This document shows, piece by piece, positions 10,501 to 21,261 of a DNA stretch of 64,000 bases (position 1 is the stretch's first letter; each line of letters starts with the position of its first letter). Source of the DNA: Phyllobates terribilis (taxonomy: Eukaryota); NCBI RefSeq assembly GCF_046119375.1, contig NW_027362767.1, forward strand, positions 7,750,001 to 7,814,000, in the 5' to 3' direction. Under the pieces are notes generated by a model, which made no database searches, was not told where the DNA came from, and worked only from the letters and a program-made list of their open reading frames with translations. A program made the translations under genes and the position numbers.

Positions 10501-13500
10501 GCAAGGAGAGAAGGTGAAGAGAAGATGCTGGAGGTAAGAAGGCAAGGAGAGAAGGTGAAGAGAAGATGCGGGAGGTAAGAAGGCAAGGAGAGCAGGTGAA
10601 GAGAAGATGCGGGAGGTAAGAAGGCAAGGAGGGAAGGTGAAGAGGAGATGCGGCAGGTAAGAAGGCAAGGAGAGAAAGTGAAGAGAAGATGCGGGAGGTA
10701 AGAAGGCAAGGAGAGAAGGTGAAGAGAAGATGCGGGAGGTAAGAAGGCAAGGAGAGAAGGTGAAGAGAAGATGCGGGAGGTAAGAAGGCAAGGAGAGAAG
10801 GTGAAGAGAAGATGCGGGAGGTAAGAAGGCAAGGAGAGAAGGTGAAGAGAAGATGCGGGAGGTAAGAAGGCAAGGAGAGAAGGTGAAGAGAAGATGCGGG
10901 AGGTAAGAAGGCAAGGAGAGAAGGTGAAGAGAAGATGCGGGAGGTAAGAAGGCAAGGAGAGAAGGTGAAGAGACGGTGCGGGAGGTAAGAAGGCAAGGAG
11001 AGAAGGCGAAGAGAAGGTGCGGGAGGTAAGAATGCAACGAGAGAAGGCGAAGAGAAGATGCGGGAGGTAAGAAGGCAAGGAGAGAAGGTGAAGAGAAGAT
11101 GCGGGAGGTAAGGCAAGGAGAGAAGGTGAAGAGAAGGTGCGGGAGGTAAGAAGGCAAGGAGAGAAGGTGAAGAGAAGGTGCGGGAGGTAAGAAGGCAAGG
11201 AGAGAAGGTGAAGAGAAGGTGCGGGAGGTAAGAAGGCAAGGAGAGAAGGTGAAGAGAAGGTGCGGGAGGTAAGAATGCAACGAGAGAAGGTGAAGAGAAG
11301 ATGCGGAAGGTAAGAAGGCAAGGAGAGAAGGTGAAGAGAAGATGCGGGAGGTAAGAAGGCAAGGAGAGAAGGTGAAGAGAAGATGCTGGAGGTAAGAAGG
11401 CAAGGAGAGAAGGTGAAGAGAAGATGCGGGAGGTAAGAAGGCAAGGAGAGCAGGTGAAGAGAAGATGCGGGAGGTAAGAAGGCAAGGAGGGAAGGTGAAG
11501 AGGAGATGCGGCAGGTAAGAAGGCAAGGAGAGAAAGTGAAGAGAAGATGCGGGAGGTAAGAAGGCAAGGAGAGAAGGTGAAGAGAAGATGCGGGAGGTAA
11601 GAAGGCAAGGAGAGAAGGTGAAGAGAAGATGCGGGAGGTAAGAAGGCAAGGAGAGAAGGTGAAGAGAAGATGCGGGAGGTAAGAAGGCAAGGAGAGAAGG
11701 TGAAGAGAAGATGCGGGAGGTAAGAAGGCAAGGAGAGAAGGTGAAGAGAAGATGCGGGAGGTAAGAAGGCAAGGAGAGAAGGTGAAGAGAAGATGCGGGA
11801 GGTAAGAAGGCAAGGAGAGAAGGTGAAGAGACGGTGCGGGAGGTAAGAAGGCAAGGAGAGAAGGCGAAGAGAAGGTGCGGGAGGTAAGAATGCAACGAGA
11901 GAAGGCGAAGAGAAGATGCGGGAGGTAAGAAGGCAAGGAGAGAAGGTGAAGAGAAGATGCGGGAGGTAAGGCAAGGAGAGAAGGTGAAGAGAAGGTGCGG
12001 GAGGTAAGAAGGCAAGGAGAGAAGGTGCGGGAGATAAGAAGGCAAGGAGAGAAGGTGAAGAGAAGGTGCGGGAGATAAGAAGGCAAGGAGAGAAGGTGAA
12101 GAGGAGATGCGGGAGGTAAGAAGGCAAGGAGAGAAGGTGAAGAGGAGATGCGGGAGGTAAGAAGGCAAGGAGAGAAGGTGAAGAGAAGATGCGGGAGGTA
12201 AGAAGGCAAGGAGAGAAGGTGAAGAGACGGTGCGGGAGGTAAGAAGGCAAGGAGAAAAGGTGAAGAGAAGGTGCGGGAGGTAAGAAGGCAAGGAGAGAAG
12301 GTGAAGAGAAGGTGCAGGAGGTAAGAAGGCAAGGAGAGAAGGTGAAGAGAAGGTGCGGGAGGTAAGAAGGCAAGGAGAGAAGGTGAAGAGAAGGTGCGGG
12401 AGGTAAGAATGCAACGAGAGAAGGTGAAGAGAAGATGCGGAAGGTAAGAAGGCAAGGAGAGAAGGTGAAGAGAAGATGCGGGAGGTAAGAAGGCAAGGAG
12501 AGAAGGTGAAGAGAAGATGCTGGAGGTAAGAAGGCAAGGAGAGAAGGTGAAGAGAAGATGCGGGAGGTAAGAAGGCAAGGAGAGCAGGTGAAGAGAAGAT
12601 GCGGGAGGTAAGAAGGCAAGGAGGGAAGGTGAAGAGGAGATGCGGCAGGTAAGAAGGCAAGGAGAGAAAGTGAAGAGAAGATGCGGGAGGTAAGAAGGCA
12701 AGGAGAGAAGGTGAAGAGAAGATGCGGGAGATAAGAAGGCAAGGGCAGAAGGTGAAGAGAAGATGCGGGAGGTAAGAAGGCAAGGAGAGAAGGTGAAGAG
12801 AAGATGCGGGAGGTAAGAAGGCAAGGAGAGAAGGTGAAGAGAAGATGCGGGAGGTAAGAAGGCAAGGAGAGAAGGTGAAGAGAAGATGCGGGAGGTAAGA
12901 AGGCAAGGAGAGAAGGTGAAGAGAAGATGCGGGAGGTAAGAAGGCAAGGAGAGAAGGTGAAGAGACGGTGCGGGAGGTAAGAAGGCAAGGAGAGAAGGTG
13001 AAGAGACGGTGCGGGAGGTAAGAAGGCAAGGAGAGAAGGTGAAGAGACGGTGCGGGAGGTAAGAAGGCAAGGAGAGAAGGTGAAGAGAAGGTGCGGGAGG
13101 TAAGAAGGCAAGGAGAGAAGGTGAAGAAAAGATGCGGAAGGTAAGAAGGCAAGGAGAGAAGGTGAAGAGAAGATGCGGGAGGTAAGAAGGCAAGGAGAGA
13201 AGGTGAAGAGAAGATGCGGGAGGTAAGAAGGCAAGGAGAGAAGGTGAAGAGAAGATGCGGGAGGTAAGAAGGCAAGGAGAGAAGGTGAAGAAAAGATGCG
13301 GGAGGTAAGAAGGCAAGGAGAGAAGGTGAAGAGAAGATGCGGGAGGTAAGAAGGCAAGGAGAGAAGGTGAAGAGAAGATGCGGGAGGTAAGAAGGCAAGG
13401 AGAGAAGGTGAAGAGAAGATGCGGGAGGTAAGAAGGCAAGGAGAGAAGGTGAAGAGAAGATGCGGGAGGTAAGAAGGCAAGGAGAGAAGGTGAAGAGGAG

Positions 13501-16023
13501 ATGCGGCAGGTAAGAAGGCAAGGAGAGAAAGTGAAGAAAAGATGCGGGAGGTAAGAAGGCAAGGAGAGAAGGTGAAGAAAAGATGCGGGAGGTAAGAAGG
13601 CAAGGAGAGAAGGTGAAGAGAAGATGCGGGAGGTAAGAAGGCAAGGAGAGAAGGTGAAGAGAAGATGCGGGAGGTAAGAAGGCAAGGAGAGAAGGTGAAG
13701 AGAAGATGCGGGAGGTAAGAAGGCAAGGAGAGAAGGTGAAGAGAAGATGCGGGAGGTAAGAAGGCAAGGAGAGAAGGTGAAGAGAAGATGCGGGAGGTAA
13801 GAAGGCAAGGAGAGAAGGTGAAGAGAAGATGCGGGAGGTAAGAAGGCAAGGAGAGAAGGTGAAGAGAAGATGCGGGAGGTAAGAAGGCAAGGAGAGAAGG
13901 TGAAGAAAAGATGCGGGAGGTAAGAAGGCAAGGAGAGAAGGTGAAGAGAAGATGCGGGAGGTAAGAAGGCAAGGAGAGAAGGTGAAGAGAAGATGCGGGA
14001 GGTAAGAAGGCAAGGAGAGAAGGTGAAGAGAAGATGCGGGAGGTAAGAAGGCAAGGAGAGAAGGTGAAGAGGAGATGCGGGAGGTAAGAAGGCAAGGAGA
14101 GAAGGTGAAGAGGAGATGTGGGAGGTAAGAAGGCAAGGAGAGAAAGTGAAGAAAAGATGCGGGAGGTAAGAAGGCAAGGAGAGAAGGTGAAGAAAAGATG
14201 CGGGAGGTAAGAAGGCAAGGAGAGAAGGTGAAGAGAAGATGCGGGAGGTAAGAAGGCAAGGAGAGAAGGTGAAGAGAAGATGCGGGAGGTAAGAAGGCAA
14301 GGAGAGAAGGTGAAGAGAAGATGCGGGAGGTAAGAAGGCAAGGAGAGAAGGTGAAGAGAAGATGCGGGAGGTAAGAAGGCAAGGAGAGAAGGTGAAGAGA
14401 AGATGCGGGAGGTAAGAAGGCAAGGAGAGAAGGTGAAGAGAAGATGCGGGAGGTAAGAAGGCAAGGAGAGAAGGTGAAGAGACGGTGCGGGAGGTAAGAA
14501 GGCAAGGAGAGAAGGTGAAGAGACGGTGCGGGAGGTAAGAAGGCAAGGAGAGAAGGTGAATAGAAAATGCGGGAGGTAAGAAGGCAAGGAGAGAAGGTGA
14601 AGAGAAGATGCGTTAGGCAAGAAGGCAAGGAGAGAAGGTGAAGAGAAGATGCGGGAGGTAAGAAGGCAAGGAGAGAAGGTGAAGAGAAGGTGAAGAGAAG
14701 ATGCGTTAGGCAAGAAGGCAAGGAGAGAAGGTGAAGAGAAGATGCGTTAGGCAAGAAGGCAAGGAGAGAGAGGGGGCGGCTGACCTGGGGCAGTGGGGAC
14801 GTTCGATCCCTCTTCTTGTGCAGATACGGCTCTAGATCAGTTCCTTTGGCTCGGGCCTTGGAGGAGTCAAACACTTTCCTTCTGGAGCTGTGTGTCTTCT
14901 GGCATACCGCAGCATGCTTCTGCAGACGATGTGCCATAAAGCGTCGGCCACACAGCTGACATTGGACGAGCGGCTGGCCCGGGTTCTGAGGGAAGTTTCC
15001 TTGGAGCAATATCTCCTCATCCAGGAGACCAGATGATGGAAGTCCCATGTCCTGCACCCTAGGAGCCTCCAGTGTGAGCTGATGAAATGTGTCTTCAACT
15101 TGTGTGACCGCAGGATGGCCCGAGCCTCTGCCTCCATGAGACTGCTGACGGGACTCTACTATTGAGAGGCTGCTATCCTCCTCAGCCTTCATCCTGCCCC
15201 AGCTGTACTGGTTTATGGAGTGGGCACTGTGCCTGGTGGCCGGCTCCCTGCTTCCACTATACTGGTCTATGGAAAGGTGACTATCTTTTATGGCCCTCTC
15301 CCTGCCCCCCCTGTACTGATCTATAGAGAGGGGGTTGTTGTTTGTGACCTTCTCTGTTCTGTCTTTGGTGGCCCTCTTCCTGCCTCCGCCGTCTCCTTCC
15401 TCCAGTTTGGTTCTTCTAGACCTCGTCTTGGTGTCTTGGATCTCTCGGGCCTTCCTTTCCTCCCATTCTGATTCTTCCTTTTCCTTCTGGATGCGCCGCA
15501 GTTCTTCCTCTGTTCTGCGCAGCTTTTCTCGCAGTAACGCCTCTTTCCTGCGGATTTCAGCCTCCAGATTCATCTCACGTTTCTCCAGTTCTTGCCATTG
15601 GTCAGGGCGACTTGGTCCCGACTTGGAGCGGACATGTGGCAGTGAGGGCTTGATGCTGGCAGCACTGGCTGATGGACAGCGGGGTACTTTGGGATGACTG
15701 TGAGGATACACGGGCTTTAGCAGGTGCGCCCTGTCCACACCTGCTGTCCTTTTCGCCACGGTCCAGTTAGAAGCCCAGGCCTTCTCCTCTAGAGGCTGCT
15801 GGGTTCTGGAGCCGGTGATCCGCTGGGAGATGCGCTCTTGTTGCTGCGTCAGAAGTTTTAGCATTTTCTGCTCTTTCTCCTGCAGCGCTCGCTCCTGGTA
15901 TTCATTCTTTAACAGCTCCAGTTTAGAGGGAAGGAGGGGACCTTGTCTTGGACGGAGGGGCGACAGCTGACATTCACCCCGGCCCTCAGCAGACGTGAAG
16001 GAAGCCAGCGATAGTCTCGCCAT
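7249..16023 (-). CDS. ZC2HC1C: Zinc finger C2HC domain-containing protein 1C, 2 coding exons, 496 aa
   Basis: Exons 16023-14785 (413 codons, donor CAG|GTCAGC) and 7500-7249 (acceptor TTTTCTCAG|). Two C2HC fingers (CQLCGRRFMAHRLQKHAAVC; CPHCSRRFAPRAAERHIPKC) and WRQKHESFLRTIRQAR match recalled human ZC2HC1C. Synteny with ACYP1/MLH3/EIF2B2 agrees. Confidence 0.92.
7570..14765. repeat. 41-bp polypurine minisatellite, about 175 copies, filling the ZC2HC1C coding intron
   Basis: Unit GAAGGCAAGGAGAGAAGGTGAAGAGAAGATGCGGGAGGTAA; 36 of 41 bases are purines on +. Confidence 0.97.
14785..16023 (-). CDS. ZC2HC1C: ZC2HC1C first coding exon
   Basis: Acceptor TTCCTTCCAG|G ATG (exon starts 16024). Contains AGVDRAHLLKP, a coiled coil and the first C2HC finger; 1239 bp, phase 0. 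Confidence 0.9.
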
Positions 16024-16109
16024 CCTGGAAGGAAAGGACGGAGAAAAGTCAATACTCTATAGAGCAACCACCCATAGGTGAGCGAGGAAAGGTCAGATCC
16101 CAGAGCAGA

Positions 16110-17113
16110 ACGCCCTGGGACCCGGCTCCACGCTACACGGCCGCCTCCCCGGGACCCGGCTCCACGCTACGCGGGCCGCCTCCCCGGGACCCGGCTCCAC
16201 GCTACACGGCCGCCTCCCCGGGACCCATCTCCACGCTACACGGCCGCCTCCCCGGGACCCATCTCCACGCTACACGGCCGCCTCCCCGGGACCCGGCTCC
16301 ACGCTACGCGGGCCGGCACCCGGCTCCACGCTACGCGGGCCGGCACCCCGGCACTAGGCTCCACGGGCCGCCTCCTCGGCACCCGACTCCACGGGCCGCC
16401 TCCATGGGACCCGGCTCCACGCTACAAGGGCCGCCAACCCCCCGGGACCCGGCTCCACACTACACGGGCCGCCTCCCACCAGGGACCCGGCTCCACACTA
16501 CACGGGCCGCCAACCCCCCGGGACCCGGCTCCACACTACACGGGCCGCCAACCCCCCGGTACCCGGCTCCACACTACACGGGCCGCCTCCCACCCGGGAC
16601 CCGGCTCCACACTACACGGGCCGCCAACCCCCCGGTACCCGGCTCCACACTACACGGGCCGCCTCCCACCCGGGACCCGGCTCCACACTACACGGGCCGC
16701 CAACCCCCCGGGACCCGGCTCCACACTACACGGGCCGCCAACCCCCCGGGACCCGGCTCCACACTACACGGGCCGCCAACCCCCCGGGACCCGGCTCCAC
16801 ACTACACGGGCCGCCAACCCCCCGGGACCCGGCTCCACACTACACGGGCCGCCAACCCCCCGGGACACGGCTCCACACTACACGGGCCGCCTCCCACCAG
16901 GGACCCGGCTCCACACTACACGGGCCGCCAACCCCCCGGGACCCGGCTCCACACTACACGGGCCGCCAACCCCCCGGGACCCGGCTCCACACTACACGGG
17001 CCGCCAACCCCCCGGGACACGGCTCCACACTACACGGGCCGCCTCCCACCAGGGACCCGGCTCCACACTACACGGGCCGCCAACCCCCCGGGACCCGGCT
17101 CCACACTACACGG
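16110..17113. repeat. GC-rich 32-38-bp minisatellite in the ZC2HC1C 5'UTR intron
   Basis: Unit CCGGGACCCGGCTCCACACTACACGGGCCGCCAACCCC. Confidence 0.95.
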
Positions 17114-17160
17114 GTCCCCGAACACATGCTGGCTATCTGGGGGGCCCTTACCGCACTCAC

Positions 17161-17326
17161 TTGGGGCCACAGGACCGCTGCTCTCGCACTTCACTGCTCA
17201 GTTTTGTTGTGCTCGTTGCTAGGCAGCGAAGCGACGTGACGTCAGAGAAGGGCTGACGCTGATGGCATCATCATTAAGCGCCTACCGATCAGCTCTGTAG
17301 TCATAGGAACGGCTGGAGATCTGCAG
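17161..17326. promoter_or_regulatory. Shared bidirectional promoter with probable non-coding first exons of ZC2HC1C (-, donor after 17161) and ACYP1 (+, donor after 17326)
   Basis: The only unique, CpG-containing stretch between two head-to-head genes. Minus donor CCAA|GTGAGT, plus donor CAG|GTGTGT, palindromic CRE TGACGTCA (17237-17244), RFX X-box-like GTTGCTAGGCAGC (17215-17227). TSSs are inferred. Confidence 0.6.
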
Positions 17327-17393
17327 GTGTGTGACCGGGAACCGCGTCTGTGAGCGGGGGAATGATAGGACTGCGGTATCATATACTGTACAA

Positions 17394-19495
17394 CCCCCCC
17401 CCCACCCTCTGTGCGAGGAGGACAACCCCACCCCTCTGTACGAGGAGGACAACCCCACCCCCCTGTACGAGGAGGACAACCCCACCCCCCTGTACGAGGA
17501 GGACAGTCGCCCCCCCCCACCCTCTGTACGAGGAGGACAGTCGCCCCCCACCCTCTGTACGAGGAGGACAGTCGCCCCCCCCACCCTCTGTACGAGGAGG
17601 ACAGTCGCCCCCCCCACCCTCTGTACGAGGAGGACAGTCGCCCCCCCCACCCTCTGTACGAGGAGGACAGTCGCCCCCCCCACCCTCTGTACGAGGAGGA
17701 CAGTCGCCCCCCCACCCTCTGTACGAGGAGGACAGTCGCCCCCCCCACCCTCTGTACGAGGTGGACAGTCGCCCCCCCCACCCTCTGTACGAGGTGGACA
17801 GTCGCCCCCCCACCCTCTGTACGAGGAGGACAGTCGCCCCCCCCACCCTCTGTACGAGGTGGACAGTCGCCCCCCCCACCCTCTGTACGAGGTGGACAGT
17901 CGCCCCCCCCACCCTCTGTACGAGGTGGACAGTCGCCCCCCCCCACCCTCTGTACGAGGAGGACAACCCCACCCCCCTGTACGAGGAGGACAGTCGCCCC
18001 CCCACCCTCTGTACGAGGAGGACAGTCGCCCCCCCCCACCCTCTGTACGAGGAGGACAGTCGCCCCCCCACCCTCTGTACGAGGAGGACAGTCGCCCCCC
18101 CCACCCTCTGTACGAGGAGGACAGTCGCCCCCCCCACCCTCTGTACGAGGAGGACAGTCACCCCCCCACCCTCTGTACGAGGAGGACAGTCGCCCCCCCC
18201 ACCCTCTGTACGAGGAGGACAGTCGCCCCCCCCACCCTCTGTACGAGGAGGACAGTCGCCCCCCCCACCCTCTGTACGAGGAGGACAGTCGCCCCCCCCA
18301 CCCTCTGTACGAGGAGGACAGTCGCCCCCCCCACCCTCTGTACGAGGAGGACAGTCGCCCCCCCCACCCTCTGTACGAGGAGGACAGTCGACCCCCCACC
18401 ATCTGTACGAGGAGGACAGTCGCCCCCCCACCCTCTGTACGAGGTGGACAGTCGCCCCCCCCACCCTCTGTACGAGGAGGACAGTCGCCCCCCCACCCTC
18501 TGTACGAGGAGGACAGTCGCCCCCCCCACCCTCTGTACGAGGTGGACAGTCGCCCCCCCCCACCCTCTGTACGAGGAGGACAGTCGCCCCCCCTACCCCC
18601 TGCACTAGGAGGAGAACAGTCGCCCCCCCACCCCCTGCACGGGATAGGACAACTTCCCCCCCCGTACGAGGAGAACAGTCACCCACCCCCTGCACGGGGA
18701 GGACAACTCCCCCCCCCCCCCCCCCTCTGTACGAGGAGGACAGTCGCCCCCCCCCCCTCTGTACGAGGAGGACAGTCGCCCCCCCCTACCCTCTGTACGA
18801 GGAGGACAGTCGCCCCCCCCTACCCTCTGTACGAGGAGGACAGTCGCCCCCCCCTACCCTCTGTACGAGGAGGACAGTCGCCCCCCCCTACCCTCTGTAC
18901 GAGGAGGACAGTCGCCCCCCCCTACCCTCTGTACGAGGAGGACAGTCGCCCCCCCCTACCCTCTGTACGAGGAGGACAGTCGCCCCCCCCACCCTCTGTA
19001 CGAGGAGGACAGTCGCCCCCCCCACCCTCTGTACGAGGAGGACAGTCGCCCCCCCCACCCTCTGTACGAGGAGGACAGTCGCCCCCCCCCCACCCTCTGT
19101 ACGAGGAGGACAGTCGCCCCCCCCACCCCCTGTACGAGGAGGACAGTCACCCCCCCCACCCTCTGTACGAGGAGGACAGTCGCCCCCCACACCCTCTGTA
19201 CGAGGAGGACAGTCGCCCCCCCCCACCCTCTGTACGAGGAGGACAGTCGCCCCCCCCACCCTCTGTACGAGGAGGACAGTCGCCCCCCCCCCACCCTCTG
19301 TACGAGGAGGACAGTCGCCCCCCCCACCCTCTGTACGAGGAGGACAGTCACCCCCCCCCACCCTCTGTACGAGGAGGACAGTCACCCCCCCCACCCTCTG
19401 TACTAGGAGGACAGTCGCCCCCCCCACCCTCTGTACTAGGAGGACAGTCGCCCCCCCACCCTCTGTACTAGGAGGACAGTTGCCCCCCCGTCCCA
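17394..19495. repeat. ~29-33-bp C-rich minisatellite in probable ACYP1 intron 1
   Basis: Unit C(6-9)ACCCTCTGTACGAGGAGGACAGTCG, about 65 copies. Confidence 0.95.
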
Positions 19496-19528
19496 TTGTA
19501 CAATGAGGACAGCCCACCTTTCAGCGTT

Positions 19529-19790
19529 GTAGGAAAAGAAAATCCCGGCACTCACGTGTTGATAATCAGTTGATTTATTCCACAACTCACACAAGACGTT
19601 TCAGCCTGTCCAAGGCTTTTTTTCAACAATTGAAAAAAGCCTTGGACAGGCTGAAACGTCTTGTGTGAGTTGTGGAATAAATCAACTGATTATCAACACG
19701 TGAGTGCCGGGATTTTCTTTTCCTACAGACATTGTTTTCCACGTGCACCACTCTAGCTATACGGAGTGCCGACTATTCCTTTTTGATACT
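19529..19790 (+). mobile_element. 262-bp Penelope-like terminal fragment with an inverted duplication and a 14-bp TSD
   Basis: CACCTTTCAGCGTT at 19515-19528 and 19791-19804. A near-perfect palindrome spans 19528-19727. Contains TTGAAAAAAG..GAAACGTC..AATAAA..GAGTGCCG, typical of PLE ends (family from recall). Confidence 0.65.
19626..19664 (+). ncRNA. Minimal type I hammerhead ribozyme-like motif (U3-A8 core variant)
   Basis: ACAA-UUGAAAA-A-AGCC(uuggaca)GGCU-GAA-AC-GU-C-UUGU. Stem I ACAA/UUGU, stem II AGCC/GGCU, palindromic ACGU stem III, GUC cleavage triplet ending at 19660. Confidence 0.5.
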
Positions 19791-19809
19791 CACCTTTCAG
19801 CGTTAACCT

Positions 19810-20165
19810 TGCTGGCTCGTTGTTGTTGTTCTTTTTCTTATTGTGCTGTCATGGACTTGAGCATGTAACTTGCTGAGACCTTTAGTGCCTGAGCTGGAGC
19901 TCTTGAGTTTCATGCAGTTTATCTGACCTTGGGTTGAATTTTCCTTGACGTCCATTGCATGAAAACAAATCTGTCTTGAATGTTTTCCACTTGTGAATAA
20001 TCTTTCTCGCTGTAGAATGATGGACTCCAGATTGTCTGGATTTGGCCTTATAACCCTCCTCAGAGTGATGGGCAGCAGCAATTACTTCTCTAGAGTCCTT
20101 GCTGGTGTCTTTCCTTCTTGGTATTGTTACTATGCGCTTGACTGCTCCCAACCGGCAAACAGAAC
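19810..20165 (-). mobile_element. Degraded Tc1 transposase N-terminal remnant
   Basis: The minus frame reads RKDTSKDSREVIAAAHHSEEGYKAKSRQSGVHHSTARKIIHKWKTFKT, a Tc1 HTH region. Confidence 0.7.
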
Positions 20166-20496
20166 AGCTGAAGCTCATCGGCCGGGGTCACACGGGTATA
20201 AAAAAAACGGTCCTTAGCACTGCTCCGATGTATACAGTGGTGTGAACGAGCCCTTACGGAGAGCATTTGATTAGCAGCAGCTGGCCACTATTTGCCCCCT
20301 AAATAGAAGCAGTAAGGGTGTACTTCATTTTCCACTCAGTTTTTCTAACGTGTGCGCACACGGGCGTGGCGGCAGGGCACATGGGCATGGCGGCAGCACA
20401 GCCGCGTGGCCCCCAGTCAGTCCCTTGTGTTTTCTATCCTTTTCAGGTGCCACTGTGTGTTTGCGGACTGTGCCAGTCTGCTCCACCCCCAGGATC

Positions 20497-20886
20497 ATGA
20501 CGGAGGGTGACACCTTTATCTGTCTGGACTATGAGGTCTTTGGGAAGGTTCAAGGTGTTTTCTTTCGCAAGCACACACAGGTAACTGAGGGACCGGCACA
20601 TGGTGCACCAGCAGTGATGACCACCCTCCTGTTTGGGGGCCCTGTGTGACTTGTGTTTCCCCTGTTGCAGGCAGAGGGGACTCGTCTGGGTCTGGTCGGA
20701 TGGGTGCAGAATACAGAACATGGAACGGTCAGAGGTCAATTACAAGGTCCTGTGGCCAAAATGCGGGAAATGCAGCAATGGCTGCAGAAAACAGGGAGCC
20801 CAAAGTCCAGAATCACAGGGGCCCAATTCCATAATGAGAAGAAGATCCTGCAGCTGGAACATGCCGGCTTCCAGATCCGCAAGTGA
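20497..20886 (+). CDS. ACYP1: Acylphosphatase-1, 2 coding exons (20497-20580, 20671-20886), 99 aa
   Basis: MTEGDTFICLDYEVFGKVQGVFFRKHTQ|AEGTRLGLVGWVQNTEHGTVRGQLQGP...FQIRK*. Catalytic QGVFFR and VQN present; canonical 90-nt intron; same length as human ACYP1; ATTAAA at 21157-21162. Confidence 0.95.
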
Positions 20887-21261
20887 CCGGCTCTGCTGTG
20901 CGGCGTCACGACTCTCGTAGTGGCCTGACCCATAGGACGGCTCTTGCTGCATAGAGCAGGTTTTGCCTCTCTGTGTACCCCATTGGGCTGAGCCCCATGG
21001 CCGCTACCAAGTCAGGTCGCAAAGACTAATATTGCATGCATGGACTCCCAACCTCAGCTTTGTGCTGCTCAGACCCTCACAATTCATAGTGACCACCCCA
21101 CCATATATGTGATGTCCTACCAGTGCACGGTGTCTGCCGCCTCTACCCACTCCAATATTAAAGTGTTTGTCTTCTACTGATGATCCTCGTCTCTGCCTCC
21201 CAGCGTCCGATACGGCGTCCATTCACATCTGTCCTTAATACAGCCCTACGTACAATCTGTG

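Noticed and set aside
7497-16023. Three overlapping ORFs of 2300-2800 aa
   Set aside because: They arise from the stop-free pyrimidine-rich 41-bp repeat. Only 16023-14785 and 7500-7249 are real exons, bounded by splice sites.
16078-19517. Long Pro/Gly/Arg-rich ORFs on both strands
   Set aside because: Translations of minisatellites, open in several frames, with no domain.
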